Below are positions 45,130-54,400 of a stretch of DNA of 64,000 nt, in pieces. Source of the DNA: an uncultured bacterium (GTDB lineage Bacteria > Patescibacteriota > Minisyncoccia > Phycocordibacterales > UBA9973). Positions within the stretch are counted from its first letter, which is position 1. Each line of letters begins with the position of its first letter. The notes under the pieces are model-generated. The model searched no databases, was not told the origin of the DNA, and saw only the letters and a program-made list of their open reading frames with translations. Where the stretch lies: positions 1,844 to 65,843 of the forward strand of contig CAIMAO010000002.1 of the NCBI GenBank assembly GCA_903838985.1, in the 5' to 3' direction. The translations under genes and the position numbers were made by a program.

Positions 45130-45768
45130 ATGATAAAAGTAGGTGAAAAAATTGAAGAAATAATAAAAGGAGACCATGAAGCCCTTTTTTGTTTATCGCG
45201 AGGAATACTTAATCTTTCAAGTTATTCTAGAGGAATTCATGATGCTGTAGAAAAAGCGACAAAAAAAGAGGTAAAATTGGCGACTATTATAATGGCACTG
45301 TCTAGATTAAAAAGAAAAATTGTTGGAACGACGCCATTATTGCAAGAAGTTGTGGTCGATGGCATGACAGTAAAAACACCACTTGCAGAAGTTGTGTTTG
45401 AGAAGACATCTACCACTATTTCTAGGCTTCCCATAGTTCAAAAAAATATAAAACCAAAAAGCGATGAATGGTTTAGTTTCTCTCAAAATTCTAAAGCCAT
45501 AATAATTATTTGTAGTGAATCTAGGATAGATGCTGTGACAAATTGTATGGGGGTCGTTCCACTTTTAGTATTGAAAGATCTGACAGCTATCGGGCTATCT
45601 ATCAATGCACGATATCATTCTAGGCCAAACATAACTTTTTCTTTGTTGCATAAAATAGCAGAGAGAGAAATTCCACTAGCGGAAATATTTACGACAAGAG
45701 ACGAGATGATGTTTATTTTTGAAACAAAATATTTATCTCAAGTTGTTGAGATCTTTCAAAAAGATTAG
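45130..45768 (+). CDS. Hypothetical protein with ACT-like domains
   Basis: GILNLSSYS...IIMALSR N-terminus; EIFTT.DEMMFIF ACT-like C-terminus. Confidence 0.65.
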   Translation: MIKVGEKIEEIIKGDHEALFCLSRGILNLSSYSRGIHDAVEKATKKEVKLATIIMALSRLKRKIVGTTPLLQEVVVDGMTVKTPLAEVVFEKTSTTISRLPIVQKNIKPKSDEWFSFSQNSKAIIIICSESRIDAVTNCMGVVPLLVLKDLTAIGLSINARYHSRPNITFSLLHKIAEREIPLAEIFTTRDEMMFIFETKYLSQVVEIFQKD

Positions 45769-45791
45769 AAATGTAATATAAAAATAAATTT

Positions 45792-46586
45792 ATGAAAATT
45801 GGGATTTTTGATTCGGGATTAGGCGGACTGATTATTGCGAAAGCAATAAGAAAGGAAATGCCGAAATATGATTTTGTATATTTGGGAGACACAAAGAGAG
45901 TTCCTTATGGTAATCGTTCTCATGAAACTGTTTTTGGATTTACAAGGGAAGCGGTGGAATATTTATTTAAAAAAGAAAATTGTGCAATCGTCATCATTGC
46001 TTGCAATACAGCTTCGGCTCGAGCACTTCGAAAAATACAACAAGAATATTTGCCAAAAAATTTTCCTGATAGAAAAGTTTTGGGTGTATTAATCCCGACA
46101 GTTGAAGAAGTTGCGAGTTATAAAAGAGTGGGAGTGATAGGCACTACGGGAACAATTGCTTCTAATACTTTTCCTATTGAAATAAAAAAAATAAATAAAA
46201 GTACAAAAGTTTTTCAAAATCCTGCACCCATGCTCGTGCCACTTGCAGAAGAAGGGGAGAAGAAATTAGCGATTGGTTTTATTAAAAAATATTTAAAACC
46301 TTTTTCTTCTAAAAAAATAGAAGCATTAATTTTGGGATGTACACACTACCCATTTTATAAAAAAGAAATAAGGAAAATTTTACCAAAAAATGTGAGAGTG
46401 TTTTCTCAAGATGAAATAATTCCTAAAAAATTAAAAACCTATTTATCAAAACATACAGAAATTGCTAAAAAACTTTCTCAAAAAGGTGAAGCCAAATTGC
46501 TTGTTACAGATATGACTAAAAATGTAGAAAAATTATCTAAAAAATGGTTTGGGGAAAATACTAAGGTGAAATTAGTGAATATTTGA
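45792..46586 (+). CDS. murI: Glutamate racemase
   Basis: IGIFDSGLGG, PYG, ACNTAS, LGCTHYP. Confidence 0.96.
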   Translation: MKIGIFDSGLGGLIIAKAIRKEMPKYDFVYLGDTKRVPYGNRSHETVFGFTREAVEYLFKKENCAIVIIACNTASARALRKIQQEYLPKNFPDRKVLGVLIPTVEEVASYKRVGVIGTTGTIASNTFPIEIKKINKSTKVFQNPAPMLVPLAEEGEKKLAIGFIKKYLKPFSSKKIEALILGCTHYPFYKKEIRKILPKNVRVFSQDEIIPKKLKTYLSKHTEIAKKLSQKGEAKLLVTDMTKNVEKLSKKWFGENTKVKLVNI

Positions 46587-46591
46587 TATAT

Positions 46592-46963
46592 TTATACTTT
46601 TATTTCTTTCCAAACGATATTGATTGTATTAAAGAATTTTTTTGTGAAAGAAACAGCTTTTTTTGAATTGAATGGTTTACAAGTATAACAATCAAGAGTA
46701 ATTAAGTGAGGATCTCCATTTCGAGCAGGGTAGGTGTAAAAGCTTGCGCCAGAGGTTTTCCAGTGTTGCCACGCACCATAGCCATCTTCGTGGGCTGTAT
46801 AAACAAACGGTTCTCTCATTGCAGTCATTCCAACTATTTTTGTAAGTTGTTTTAAATATTCTGAAATGATTGATTTATCTTCAATAAAATCTTTTGTTGT
46901 TGCTTCAACAATAATTCTTTGACGAATAAGATTGGGGGACAAATTTTTCCAACGGTTATTCAT
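46592..46963 (-). CDS. S-adenosylmethionine decarboxylase-like protein
   Basis: W.TSG..FYTY...ITLDCYTCKPF pattern; likely start MNNRW at 46963. Confidence 0.68.
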   Translation of the reverse strand: MNNRWKNLSPNLIRQRIIVEATTKDFIEDKSIISEYLKQLTKIVGMTAMREPFVYTAHEDGYGAWQHWKTSGASFYTYPARNGDPHLITLDCYTCKPFNSKKAVSFTKKFFNTINIVWKEIKV

Positions 46964-47014
46964 ATTTTTTACTATACACAAAGAAGTTTGACTTATCAAA
47001 AAAGTCAATGTATT

Positions 47015-47051
47015 ATATACATAAGTAAACAAAAAGTTTACTTATGTATAT
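47015..47051. promoter_or_regulatory. Perfect 16-bp inverted repeat, candidate operator
   Basis: atatacataagtaaac-N5-gtttacttatgtatat in a divergent promoter region. Confidence 0.6.
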
Positions 47052-47883
47052 GAATTTTAATATCAAAAAAGGAATAGAAGAATTTATTATTTTGGTTTTA
47101 TCAAAAGAATCTTTATCTACAATTTTACTTTTACAAAAAATACAAAATGAACTTTCTTGTACAAAACAGGGATTTTATAAAGCTCTTCGTAATTTAAAAA
47201 AACAAGAGATTGTAGTGATTCATTCAAAAAAAGTATCTTTATCTTATACGTGGGTTAAAAAACAGTCAGATTTCTTTAATTCTTTGTTTTATAAATATAC
47301 AAATAAAAATAATATTCTTAGTGCAGATTTTTTATTCCTTGGGAACAAAGATTCGATTACATATAAATTTACTAATGTAAGTATGGCAGATGCATTTTGG
47401 ATACATGCATTAAATATATTAAATCAAAAAATTAAAGAAGATGAACCTATGTGTATTTATAATCCACATGAATGGTTTTTGTTGGTACGTAGTGAAAGTG
47501 AGAAAGCATTGTTTGAAAATATGGAACAAGTAAAAAGAAAATTTGTAGTTCTTGTCGACAATAAAATGCTGCTCGATCTTTCGGTAAAAAAATATTTTAA
47601 TTTTAAAACGAATTATTATTATATTTCAGAAAAGAAAATTTTTAAAAAAAATAATTATTATTTAAACTTAATCGGAGATTATTGTATTGAAGTTTGGATT
47701 GATAAAAAAATATCAAATTTAATTGATGATTTTTATAAAAAAACTTTAATATTTGATGATCAAGCAAAAAATGCTTTTAAAAAAATAATAGAAATTAAAG
47801 GAAAGAATAAATTTGTTATTTCAAAAAATACAGAACGAAGTAAAAAATTCAGAAAGATATTTAAAAAGTTTTTTATTATTTAA
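47044..47883 (+). CDS. Hypothetical protein with an N-terminal winged-HTH-like region
   Basis: TKQGFYKALRNLKKQEIVV helix-turn-helix-like segment; very AT-rich. Confidence 0.62.
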   Translation: MYMNFNIKKGIEEFIILVLSKESLSTILLLQKIQNELSCTKQGFYKALRNLKKQEIVVIHSKKVSLSYTWVKKQSDFFNSLFYKYTNKNNILSADFLFLGNKDSITYKFTNVSMADAFWIHALNILNQKIKEDEPMCIYNPHEWFLLVRSESEKALFENMEQVKRKFVVLVDNKMLLDLSVKKYFNFKTNYYYISEKKIFKKNNYYLNLIGDYCIEVWIDKKISNLIDDFYKKTLIFDDQAKNAFKKIIEIKGKNKFVISKNTERSKKFRKIFKKFFII

Positions 47884-47891
47884 ATTTTAGG

Positions 47892-48662
47892 CTAGTTAAT
47901 CTCTAAAAAAATAGGGCAGTGGTCGGAGCCATAATAGTCGGTGAGCATGCCTGTGTCTTTTACTTTTGAAACAACCTTTGAATCTACAAAAAAGTAATCG
48001 AGACGCCATCCGACATTTCTATCTCTCGAGCGAGTTTTTTGATCCCAATATGTATACATTTCTTTTTTGTTTGGATAAAGTTTTCTGAAAATATCAATGA
48101 AATTATTTTTTATTACTTTATCAATCCAAGCACGTTCTATAGGCAAGAAACCCGTATTCTCTTCATTTGCTTTTGGGTGTGTTAGATCTATCGGTGTGTG
48201 AGCTGTATTCACATCTCCACAAAAAATAACATTTTCGCCACTCTTCCTAAGTTTCAAAATAAATTTTAAAAATGCATCGTAAAATTCTAATTTATATTTT
48301 AGGCGATGTGGACCTTGCCCACCGTTTGGGAAATATCCAGTTATGATTGTAAATTTTTTTAATTTTATACCCAACAATCTTCCTTCGGTATCAAGACTCT
48401 TTATTCCCATTCCATAAAAAACTTCTCGTGGTTTTTCTTTGGTGTAAATTGCCACACCACTGTATCCTTTTCTTTCTTGTGAATGTGAGAAGAAAGAATA
48501 ATAACCAGAAACTTCTTTTGTTTCTTTTGTGAGTTGGTCGGGGTGAGCCTTCGTTTCTTGTAGGCAGACTACGTCTGGACTATATTTTTTAAAGAGTGGC
48601 TCAAAATAACCCTGTTTCACAGTAGCTCGTAACCCATTTGTGTTCCATGAAATTATTTTCAT
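47892..48662 (-). CDS. xth: Exodeoxyribonuclease III / AP endonuclease
   Basis: SWNTNG, LQETK, GYSGVA, GDVN.AH, GWRLDY, SDHCP. Confidence 0.95.
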   Translation of the reverse strand: MKIISWNTNGLRATVKQGYFEPLFKKYSPDVVCLQETKAHPDQLTKETKEVSGYYSFFSHSQERKGYSGVAIYTKEKPREVFYGMGIKSLDTEGRLLGIKLKKFTIITGYFPNGGQGPHRLKYKLEFYDAFLKFILKLRKSGENVIFCGDVNTAHTPIDLTHPKANEENTGFLPIERAWIDKVIKNNFIDIFRKLYPNKKEMYTYWDQKTRSRDRNVGWRLDYFFVDSKVVSKVKDTGMLTDYYGSDHCPIFLEIN

Positions 48663-48677
48663 AATGTTTATATTAAC

Positions 48678-48791
48678 ATAAACTTGTGAAACTAATGTTT
48701 TTTCACCACGAAAATCTTTTGCTAAAGATTTTCTCTGTCCGTCGCCGTCGCTCCTACCAAGGGTTCAAAAACATTAGTTTCACAAGTTTAT
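48678..48791. repeat. Hairpin element, family A-like
   Basis: Perfect 25-bp arms 48678-48702/48767-48791; internal AT hairpin followed by cgccgtcgc as in family A. Confidence 0.8.
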
Positions 48792-49705
48792 TTGCGGCTA
48801 TGAAATTTCTTATGCACTTCCAGTAATTGTTTGTCAGTAATGTGTGTATAAATTTGAGTTGTAGAGATATTTGAATGTCCGAGCATCATTTGCACACTCC
48901 TTATGTCTGCACCGTTTTGCAGTAAATCAGTTGCGAAGGAATGACGGATGATATGTGGTGTCACTTTTTTTGATATGCCTGCTTTTATCGCGTAATATTT
49001 TACAATACGTTCAAGTGAACGGGGTGTTAATCGTGTGGCTTTGCTTTTTGATATTTTTGAAAGTTGAATGAACATCGCTTCTTCCATATCTTTCCTTTTT
49101 GCTAAATATTCCTTAATTGCTTTTTTTGCGGTATCAGATAAAAAAACTACACGCACTTTTTCTCCTTTTCCTCTGATAGAAAATTCGCCTTTTGATAAAT
49201 CTAAATCTTTATTTAATGAAGAAAGTTCTGATACACGAAGTCCTGTAGAAAAAAATAATTCAAGGATTGCTTTGTCTCGAAGATTTTTTAAATCAGTTCC
49301 ATTTGGGCCGGAGAGAAGCCTACCCAATTCTTCTCCTGTAATTAAATCTAAACTCCTTTCTTTTATTTTTGCTAATTCTATTCTATCAGGGGAGAGGGCA
49401 GAGATTTCACGTTTGATTAAATATTTTAAAAAAACACGAAGTGCAATCAAATAATAATTTTGAGTATTTTTTTTCATCGTTGCACTTATTTGTCCTCGTA
49501 CTTTTGTGCCGGATTGTCTGTTTAAAAAAAGTCTGAATTCTCGCACTTTTTCATCTGTGATATCTTTTATTTTTTCTGTTTTACTAAATTTAAAAAAGCG
49601 AGTTAAATACCTTTCATAATTTTCTACAGTTTTTAAACTTGAACCTTTTTCAATTTCTAGATATTCCAGAAATTCTCTTTTGTATTTTTCTATCTCAGAC
49701 GCCAT
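48788..49705 (-). CDS. xerD: XerC/XerD-family tyrosine recombinase
   Basis: TGLRVSEL, GKG.K.R, TPHIIRHSFAT, LGH...TTQIY; XerC versus XerD assignment uncertain. Confidence 0.85.
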   Translation of the reverse strand: MASEIEKYKREFLEYLEIEKGSSLKTVENYERYLTRFFKFSKTEKIKDITDEKVREFRLFLNRQSGTKVRGQISATMKKNTQNYYLIALRVFLKYLIKREISALSPDRIELAKIKERSLDLITGEELGRLLSGPNGTDLKNLRDKAILELFFSTGLRVSELSSLNKDLDLSKGEFSIRGKGEKVRVVFLSDTAKKAIKEYLAKRKDMEEAMFIQLSKISKSKATRLTPRSLERIVKYYAIKAGISKKVTPHIIRHSFATDLLQNGADIRSVQMMLGHSNISTTQIYTHITDKQLLEVHKKFHSRK

Positions 49706-49792
49706 TTATATATTTTAGCATAAATACAAAATATTGTGCGACATATACACATAGATCTTGCAATTTTGTTGGCTTTATGCTAAGATATAAAC

Positions 49793-50056
49793 ATGTTAAC
49801 AACAAAGAAAAAGCAAACAGTTATAAAGAAAAATCAGATTCATGATAAGGATACGGGCTCTTCTGCTGTACAAGTGGCTATTTTGTCTACACAAATAGAT
49901 GAATTAGCAAAACATTTAAAGAAACATAAAAAAGATAATAATTCTCGCCGTGGACTTATCAAAATGGTTGCAGACAGACGCACACATTTGAAATATTTAG
50001 AAAGAAAAGATAAGACTCAATACAATGCAGTAATGAAGAAAATGAGTTTAGCATAA
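49793..50056 (+). CDS. rpsO: 30S ribosomal protein S15
   Basis: DTGSSAVQVAIL...HKKD..SRRGL. Confidence 0.96.
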   Translation: MLTTKKKQTVIKKNQIHDKDTGSSAVQVAILSTQIDELAKHLKKHKKDNNSRRGLIKMVADRRTHLKYLERKDKTQYNAVMKKMSLA

Positions 50057-50061
50057 TCTAC

Positions 50062-50081
50062 ATTCCCCCATCTGGGGGAAT
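50062..50081 (+). terminator. Probable terminator after rpsO
   Basis: attccccca/tgggggaat hairpin followed by a T-rich tract. Confidence 0.55.
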
Positions 50082-50121
50082 TGTTGTTTATGCCTTTTTC
50101 TTTTCATGATATAATTTATAT

Positions 50122-50628
50122 ATGACAGTAATAAAAAATAAAGAACAAAGAGTTGGGGTTTTTATTGATACACAAAATCTGTATCATTCGGCTCGTAACT
50201 TATACAACGCACGAGTAAACTTTGGTGCAGTTTTAAAAGAGGCAGTAGCAGGAAGAAAACTTGTTCGTGCTGTGGCGTATGTCATTACATCTGAAGCAGG
50301 TGATGAGAAAAACTTTTTTGAAGCGTTAGAAAAATTAGGCATTGAAACAAAAACAAAAGATTTACAGGTGTATGGTGGTTTCAAAAAAGGAGATTGGGAT
50401 GTCGGTCTTGCTGTAGATGCTATTAAATTTGCTCCAAAACTTGATGCTGTGGTGCTCGTGGCCGGTGATGGTGATTATGTGCCTATGGTTGAGTATATTC
50501 AGAGTATGGGCACACAGGTGGAAGCTATTTCTTTTGGTAAATCAACTTCTGGTAAACTTCGTGAATCAGTTGATGATTTTATAGATCTTTCATTGAACCC
50601 TAGAAAATATTTAATGGGGGGAAAGTGA
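50122..50628 (+). CDS. NYN domain (LabA/DUF88) protein
   Basis: FIDTQNLY, KGDWDV.LAVDA, GDGDY, D.FIDL. Confidence 0.88.
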   Translation: MTVIKNKEQRVGVFIDTQNLYHSARNLYNARVNFGAVLKEAVAGRKLVRAVAYVITSEAGDEKNFFEALEKLGIETKTKDLQVYGGFKKGDWDVGLAVDAIKFAPKLDAVVLVAGDGDYVPMVEYIQSMGTQVEAISFGKSTSGKLRESVDDFIDLSLNPRKYLMGGK

Positions 50629-50716
50629 AATTTTATTAGTTAATCGGTTCGCGTTCGGACAAAAAGTAGTGTTCTATAAATATAGGAACAATACTGTAGT
50701 CTGGACACGAACTCAA

Positions 50717-50806
50717 AGTTTTCTTGTAAAAAATTTTTGAAACTGCGCCCTCGGAGTCATAAAGACAGGGGACCCACACGTTTCTTAAATTTTTTACAGG
50801 AAAACT
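50717..50806 (+). repeat. Hairpin element, family B', upstream of pnp
   Basis: 20-bp arms 50717-50736/50787-50806; core cgccctcggagtca..gacaggggacccac shared with 54295-54385. Confidence 0.85.
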
Positions 50807-50810
50807 AAGT

Positions 50811-52940
50811 ATGATTATGCAAAAAAAAGAGTATACAGTAGAAATTGGTGGTAAAACGATGACCGCTATTTTCTCAGATTTAGCAGAGCAAGCACATGGT
50901 TCTGTAATTTTAAAATATGGAGACACAATAGTGCTGGCAACAGCTTGTATGTCTAAGGACAAACAAGCTGGTTTAGGTTTCTTCAATTTAACAGTGGATT
51001 ATATAGAAAAATTCTATGCTGCTGGAAAAATTTTAGGATCAAGATTTATGCACAGGGAGGGCAGACCTTCAGAAGATGCAATCTTGGCTTGTAGGGTAAT
51101 AGATAGGACACTTCGTCCATTATTTGATCAATCAATGCGTCATGCGGTGCAAGTCATTACTACTGTCATATCACTAGGAGAAGAAGATCCTACAATATTA
51201 GCTGTAAATGCTGCTTCACTCGCTATCTTGGTGTCAGATATACCTTGGGCAGGACCAGTGGGTGCTGTGCGTATTGGTAAATACGATGATGATAGTTTAA
51301 AAATAAATCCTGCACAAAATCTACGCTTGGATGATACGAAATATAAGTTTGATTTAACTATTTGTGGTAAAAATGGAAATATAAATATGATAGAAGCTTC
51401 TGCACACCAGACGAAAGAAGAAGAACTTGAAGAAGCATTCAAAAGAGCAAGTGAAGAAATAACCAAGCTAGAAAATTTCCAAAAAGGTATTGCTGTAGAG
51501 ATAGGCAAAGCAAAAAGAGTCATAGAAAAAGAAAAAATAAGTGAAGAATCATTAAAATTATTTAATGAAAATATTTTACCAAAAATGGAAGAAGCTATTT
51601 TTGCTGGAACAGGAAAAGCAAAGATAGATGAGCTTCATAGTATTTGGAATAAAATGGTTAAAGATTATTATACTGAAAAAAATACTGAAAGAGCTGATTT
51701 TACCCCAGAAGATAATATTTTTGATGATACAGAAAATGATATTTTACACAAAAAAGCCATAGACGATAATAAACGTGCTGATGGCAGAGCTATGGACGGT
51801 CTTCGAGATCTTTATGCACAAGCTGGAGGGCTTTCTCCTATATTGCATGGTTCTGGAATATTCTACCGTGGAGGAACACACGTGCTTTCTGTGCTTACAT
51901 TGGGTGGCCCAGAGGAAAGACTCTTAGTAGATGGAATGCAAACGAAAGCTGAAAAAAGATTTATGCATTATTATAATTTTCCACCATATTCGAGTGGAGA
52001 AGTTGGCCGAATAGGCACTACAAATCGTAGAGAAGTAGGACATGGAGCACTTGCAGAAAAAGCTCTCGCTATGGTTTTACCAAGTGTTGAGGATTTTCCA
52101 TATACTATGAGAATAGTTTCTGAATCGATGGCTTCTAATGGTTCTACTTCACAAGCTTCTATCTGTGCTTCTGTTTTGGCTCTGATGGATGGAGGTGTTC
52201 CTATAAAAGCACCTGTGGCTGGTATTGCCATGGGACTCATGTATGAAAATGATGACAAATATAAAATTTTGACTGATATACAAGGTCCTGAAGATCACCA
52301 TGGAGATATGGATTTCAAAGTTGCAGGAACGAGAGATGGTGTCACGGCCATTCAGCTTGATGTGAAAGTGGAAGGTGTGCCAATAAAGATATTAGGTGAA
52401 GCAATGAGGCAATCAAAACAAGCTAGACTTTCTATTTTAGACAGAATTGAAAAAGAAATTCCAAAACCTAGAGCAGAAATTTCTCCTAATGCACCAAAGA
52501 TTTTAATTATAAAAATTAATCCAGAAAAAATTGGTTTGGTAATAGGTAGCGGAGGAAAGACTATTAAAGAGATTAAAGAAAAAACTGGCGCAGAAATAAC
52601 TATTGAAGATGATGGAACAGTATTTTTGACTGGTAAAGAAGATGCGCCAGAAAAAGCTAAAACAATAATAGAAGAAATGACTCACGAATTTAAAGCTGGT
52701 GAAACAATGAAAGGTGAAGTTGTAAAGCTTGCAGATTTTGGAGTATTTGTCAGACTCAATCCATTTACTGATGGTATGGTTCATATTTCTGAGATGGCCC
52801 CATTCCGTGTTGAGCGAGTTAGCGATATAATAAGAGAGGGAACTATTGTCCCAGTAAAAATTATAAATGTTGATAAAGAAAGAGGTAAAATTAGTTTATC
52901 AATAAAAGAAGCAGATCCAAATTTTTTCAAAAAACCTTAA
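50811..52940 (+). CDS. pnp: Polyribonucleotide nucleotidyltransferase
   Basis: IDRTLRPLF, RREVGHG, SNGSTS, DHHGDMDFKVAGT, KH and S1 domains. Confidence 0.96.
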   Translation: MIMQKKEYTVEIGGKTMTAIFSDLAEQAHGSVILKYGDTIVLATACMSKDKQAGLGFFNLTVDYIEKFYAAGKILGSRFMHREGRPSEDAILACRVIDRTLRPLFDQSMRHAVQVITTVISLGEEDPTILAVNAASLAILVSDIPWAGPVGAVRIGKYDDDSLKINPAQNLRLDDTKYKFDLTICGKNGNINMIEASAHQTKEEELEEAFKRASEEITKLENFQKGIAVEIGKAKRVIEKEKISEESLKLFNENILPKMEEAIFAGTGKAKIDELHSIWNKMVKDYYTEKNTERADFTPEDNIFDDTENDILHKKAIDDNKRADGRAMDGLRDLYAQAGGLSPILHGSGIFYRGGTHVLSVLTLGGPEERLLVDGMQTKAEKRFMHYYNFPPYSSGEVGRIGTTNRREVGHGALAEKALAMVLPSVEDFPYTMRIVSESMASNGSTSQASICASVLALMDGGVPIKAPVAGIAMGLMYENDDKYKILTDIQGPEDHHGDMDFKVAGTRDGVTAIQLDVKVEGVPIKILGEAMRQSKQARLSILDRIEKEIPKPRAEISPNAPKILIIKINPEKIGLVIGSGGKTIKEIKEKTGAEITIEDDGTVFLTGKEDAPEKAKTIIEEMTHEFKAGETMKGEVVKLADFGVFVRLNPFTDGMVHISEMAPFRVERVSDIIREGTIVPVKIINVDKERGKISLSIKEADPNFFKKP

Positions 52941-52949
52941 AAGTTTAAA

Positions 52950-53864
52950 ATGGAAAAAGATAATAAATTAAAAAACAAAAATGTAAAAACTTACACCAGT
53001 GATATGGTGCAGGCTATTGAAAGTGACAAAGGCGGTTTGATAAAAAAAATAATTCACGAAGAAGAAGCGCACGAAGCTGAAAAAGTGAATTTGTCTCCTA
53101 GCTCTAAAAGAAATAGGTTATTTATGTTAATTAGCTTCTTGTTAATATTTTTAGCTTTTATAATTTTGTTATTTTTAGCTTTTTCAAGTAAAAATTTAAA
53201 CACTGTTCCTGTCGCTCAACAATTCACTTCAATTATCTTTGCAGATCAGACGGATTTCAAAGCCATTGATGGACTTAATAAAGATCAAATATTCTCTACT
53301 ATCTTAAATCAAGTTGCTAATACTGACATAAAAGCAGGTGGGGTAGAAGGTATTTATCTTACAGAAAATAAAAAGGTAATAGGCTTCAAAGAATTTATTA
53401 CATTACTCAAAACAAATTTCTCAATGGATCAAATAAATTTGGTCAGTGATAATTTTTTGCTCGGCGCATTGAATAGTGTTGCGAAACCAGTCGCTTCTAC
53501 TGACGGCTCTACACTCCCAACAGATAAAAATACAAAAACCCTAGATAAGGGTTTATTTATCTTATTGAAAGTTCGTTCATTTACAGATATTTTTCCTGTG
53601 ATGCAAGTTTGGGAAGATAAAATGCTGTATGATCTTTCTTCACTTTTCAAAGTAAATATTTCTCCTGATACAAATTATCTTTTCACCAAAGATTGGGAAG
53701 ATGGTGTCGTGTCAAATAAGAATGCGAGAATTTTAAGAGACAAAAATGGAAATATCGTTTTGATGTATGTTTTCTTAAATGATTCATCATTGCTTATCAC
53801 AAATTCCGAAGCAGCTACAAATGAAGTAATTTTGCGCCTCAATTCTAGCCAGATAAAGAAATAA
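52950..53864 (+). CDS. Membrane-anchored hypothetical protein
   Basis: 304-aa ORF, one TM; KTYTSDM and WEDKM..DL motifs. Confidence 0.65.
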   Translation: MEKDNKLKNKNVKTYTSDMVQAIESDKGGLIKKIIHEEEAHEAEKVNLSPSSKRNRLFMLISFLLIFLAFIILLFLAFSSKNLNTVPVAQQFTSIIFADQTDFKAIDGLNKDQIFSTILNQVANTDIKAGGVEGIYLTENKKVIGFKEFITLLKTNFSMDQINLVSDNFLLGALNSVAKPVASTDGSTLPTDKNTKTLDKGLFILLKVRSFTDIFPVMQVWEDKMLYDLSSLFKVNISPDTNYLFTKDWEDGVVSNKNARILRDKNGNIVLMYVFLNDSSLLITNSEAATNEVILRLNSSQIKK

Positions 53865-53914
53865 AAATTGTTTAAAATATTTGCCTTTTTTAGTGGAAGT
53901 GATAGTATTTTATT

Positions 53915-54271
53915 ATGTTAGATAAAAAGAAAATTAAAGAAAAATTAGAAAAGGAGCGAGATATCTTGCTCGGGCAACTTCGTGATATTGGAAAATTAAA
54001 CCCAGAGACAAATGAGTGGGAAGCAATTCCAGAAGAAAGACTTTCAAAAGAAACCGATCAAAATGATATGGCAGATAGATTTGAAGATTTCGAATCTAGG
54101 AGCATAATGATAAAAGCTTTGGAATCAAGGATCAATAATGTTTTGTCTGCAATGAAAGGATTGAATAGGGAATCTTTCGGTAAATGTGAAGTTTGTAAAA
54201 AGAATATTGAGATGGATAGAATGGAAGTTAATCCTGCTGCGCGCACTTGTAAAAAACATTTGAATGGGTAG
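53915..54271 (+). CDS. TraR/DksA-family zinc-finger protein
   Basis: D..D.AD coiled-coil tip; FGKCEVC...R....PAARTC..H. Confidence 0.85.
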   Translation: MLDKKKIKEKLEKERDILLGQLRDIGKLNPETNEWEAIPEERLSKETDQNDMADRFEDFESRSIMIKALESRINNVLSAMKGLNRESFGKCEVCKKNIEMDRMEVNPAARTCKKHLNG

Positions 54272-54294
54272 TTTTGTTTAATTTTTATTATGTA

Positions 54295-54385
54295 AAATCA
54301 CAAAACTTAAAATTTTTGCGCCTTCGCCCTCGGAGTCAGAAGGACAGGGGACCCACGACGCTAAAAATCTTAAGTTTTGTGATTT
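54295..54385 (+). repeat. Hairpin element, family B', upstream of comM
   Basis: 23-bp arms 54295-54317/54363-54385 (1 mismatch); core shared with 50717-50806. Confidence 0.88.
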
Positions 54386-54400
54386 AAAATTACCATAATT

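Noticed and set aside
48788-49705. Tyrosine recombinase as an integrase of a mobile element
   Set aside because: Housekeeping Xer-like size and motifs, between xth and rpsO, with no att sites or cargo.
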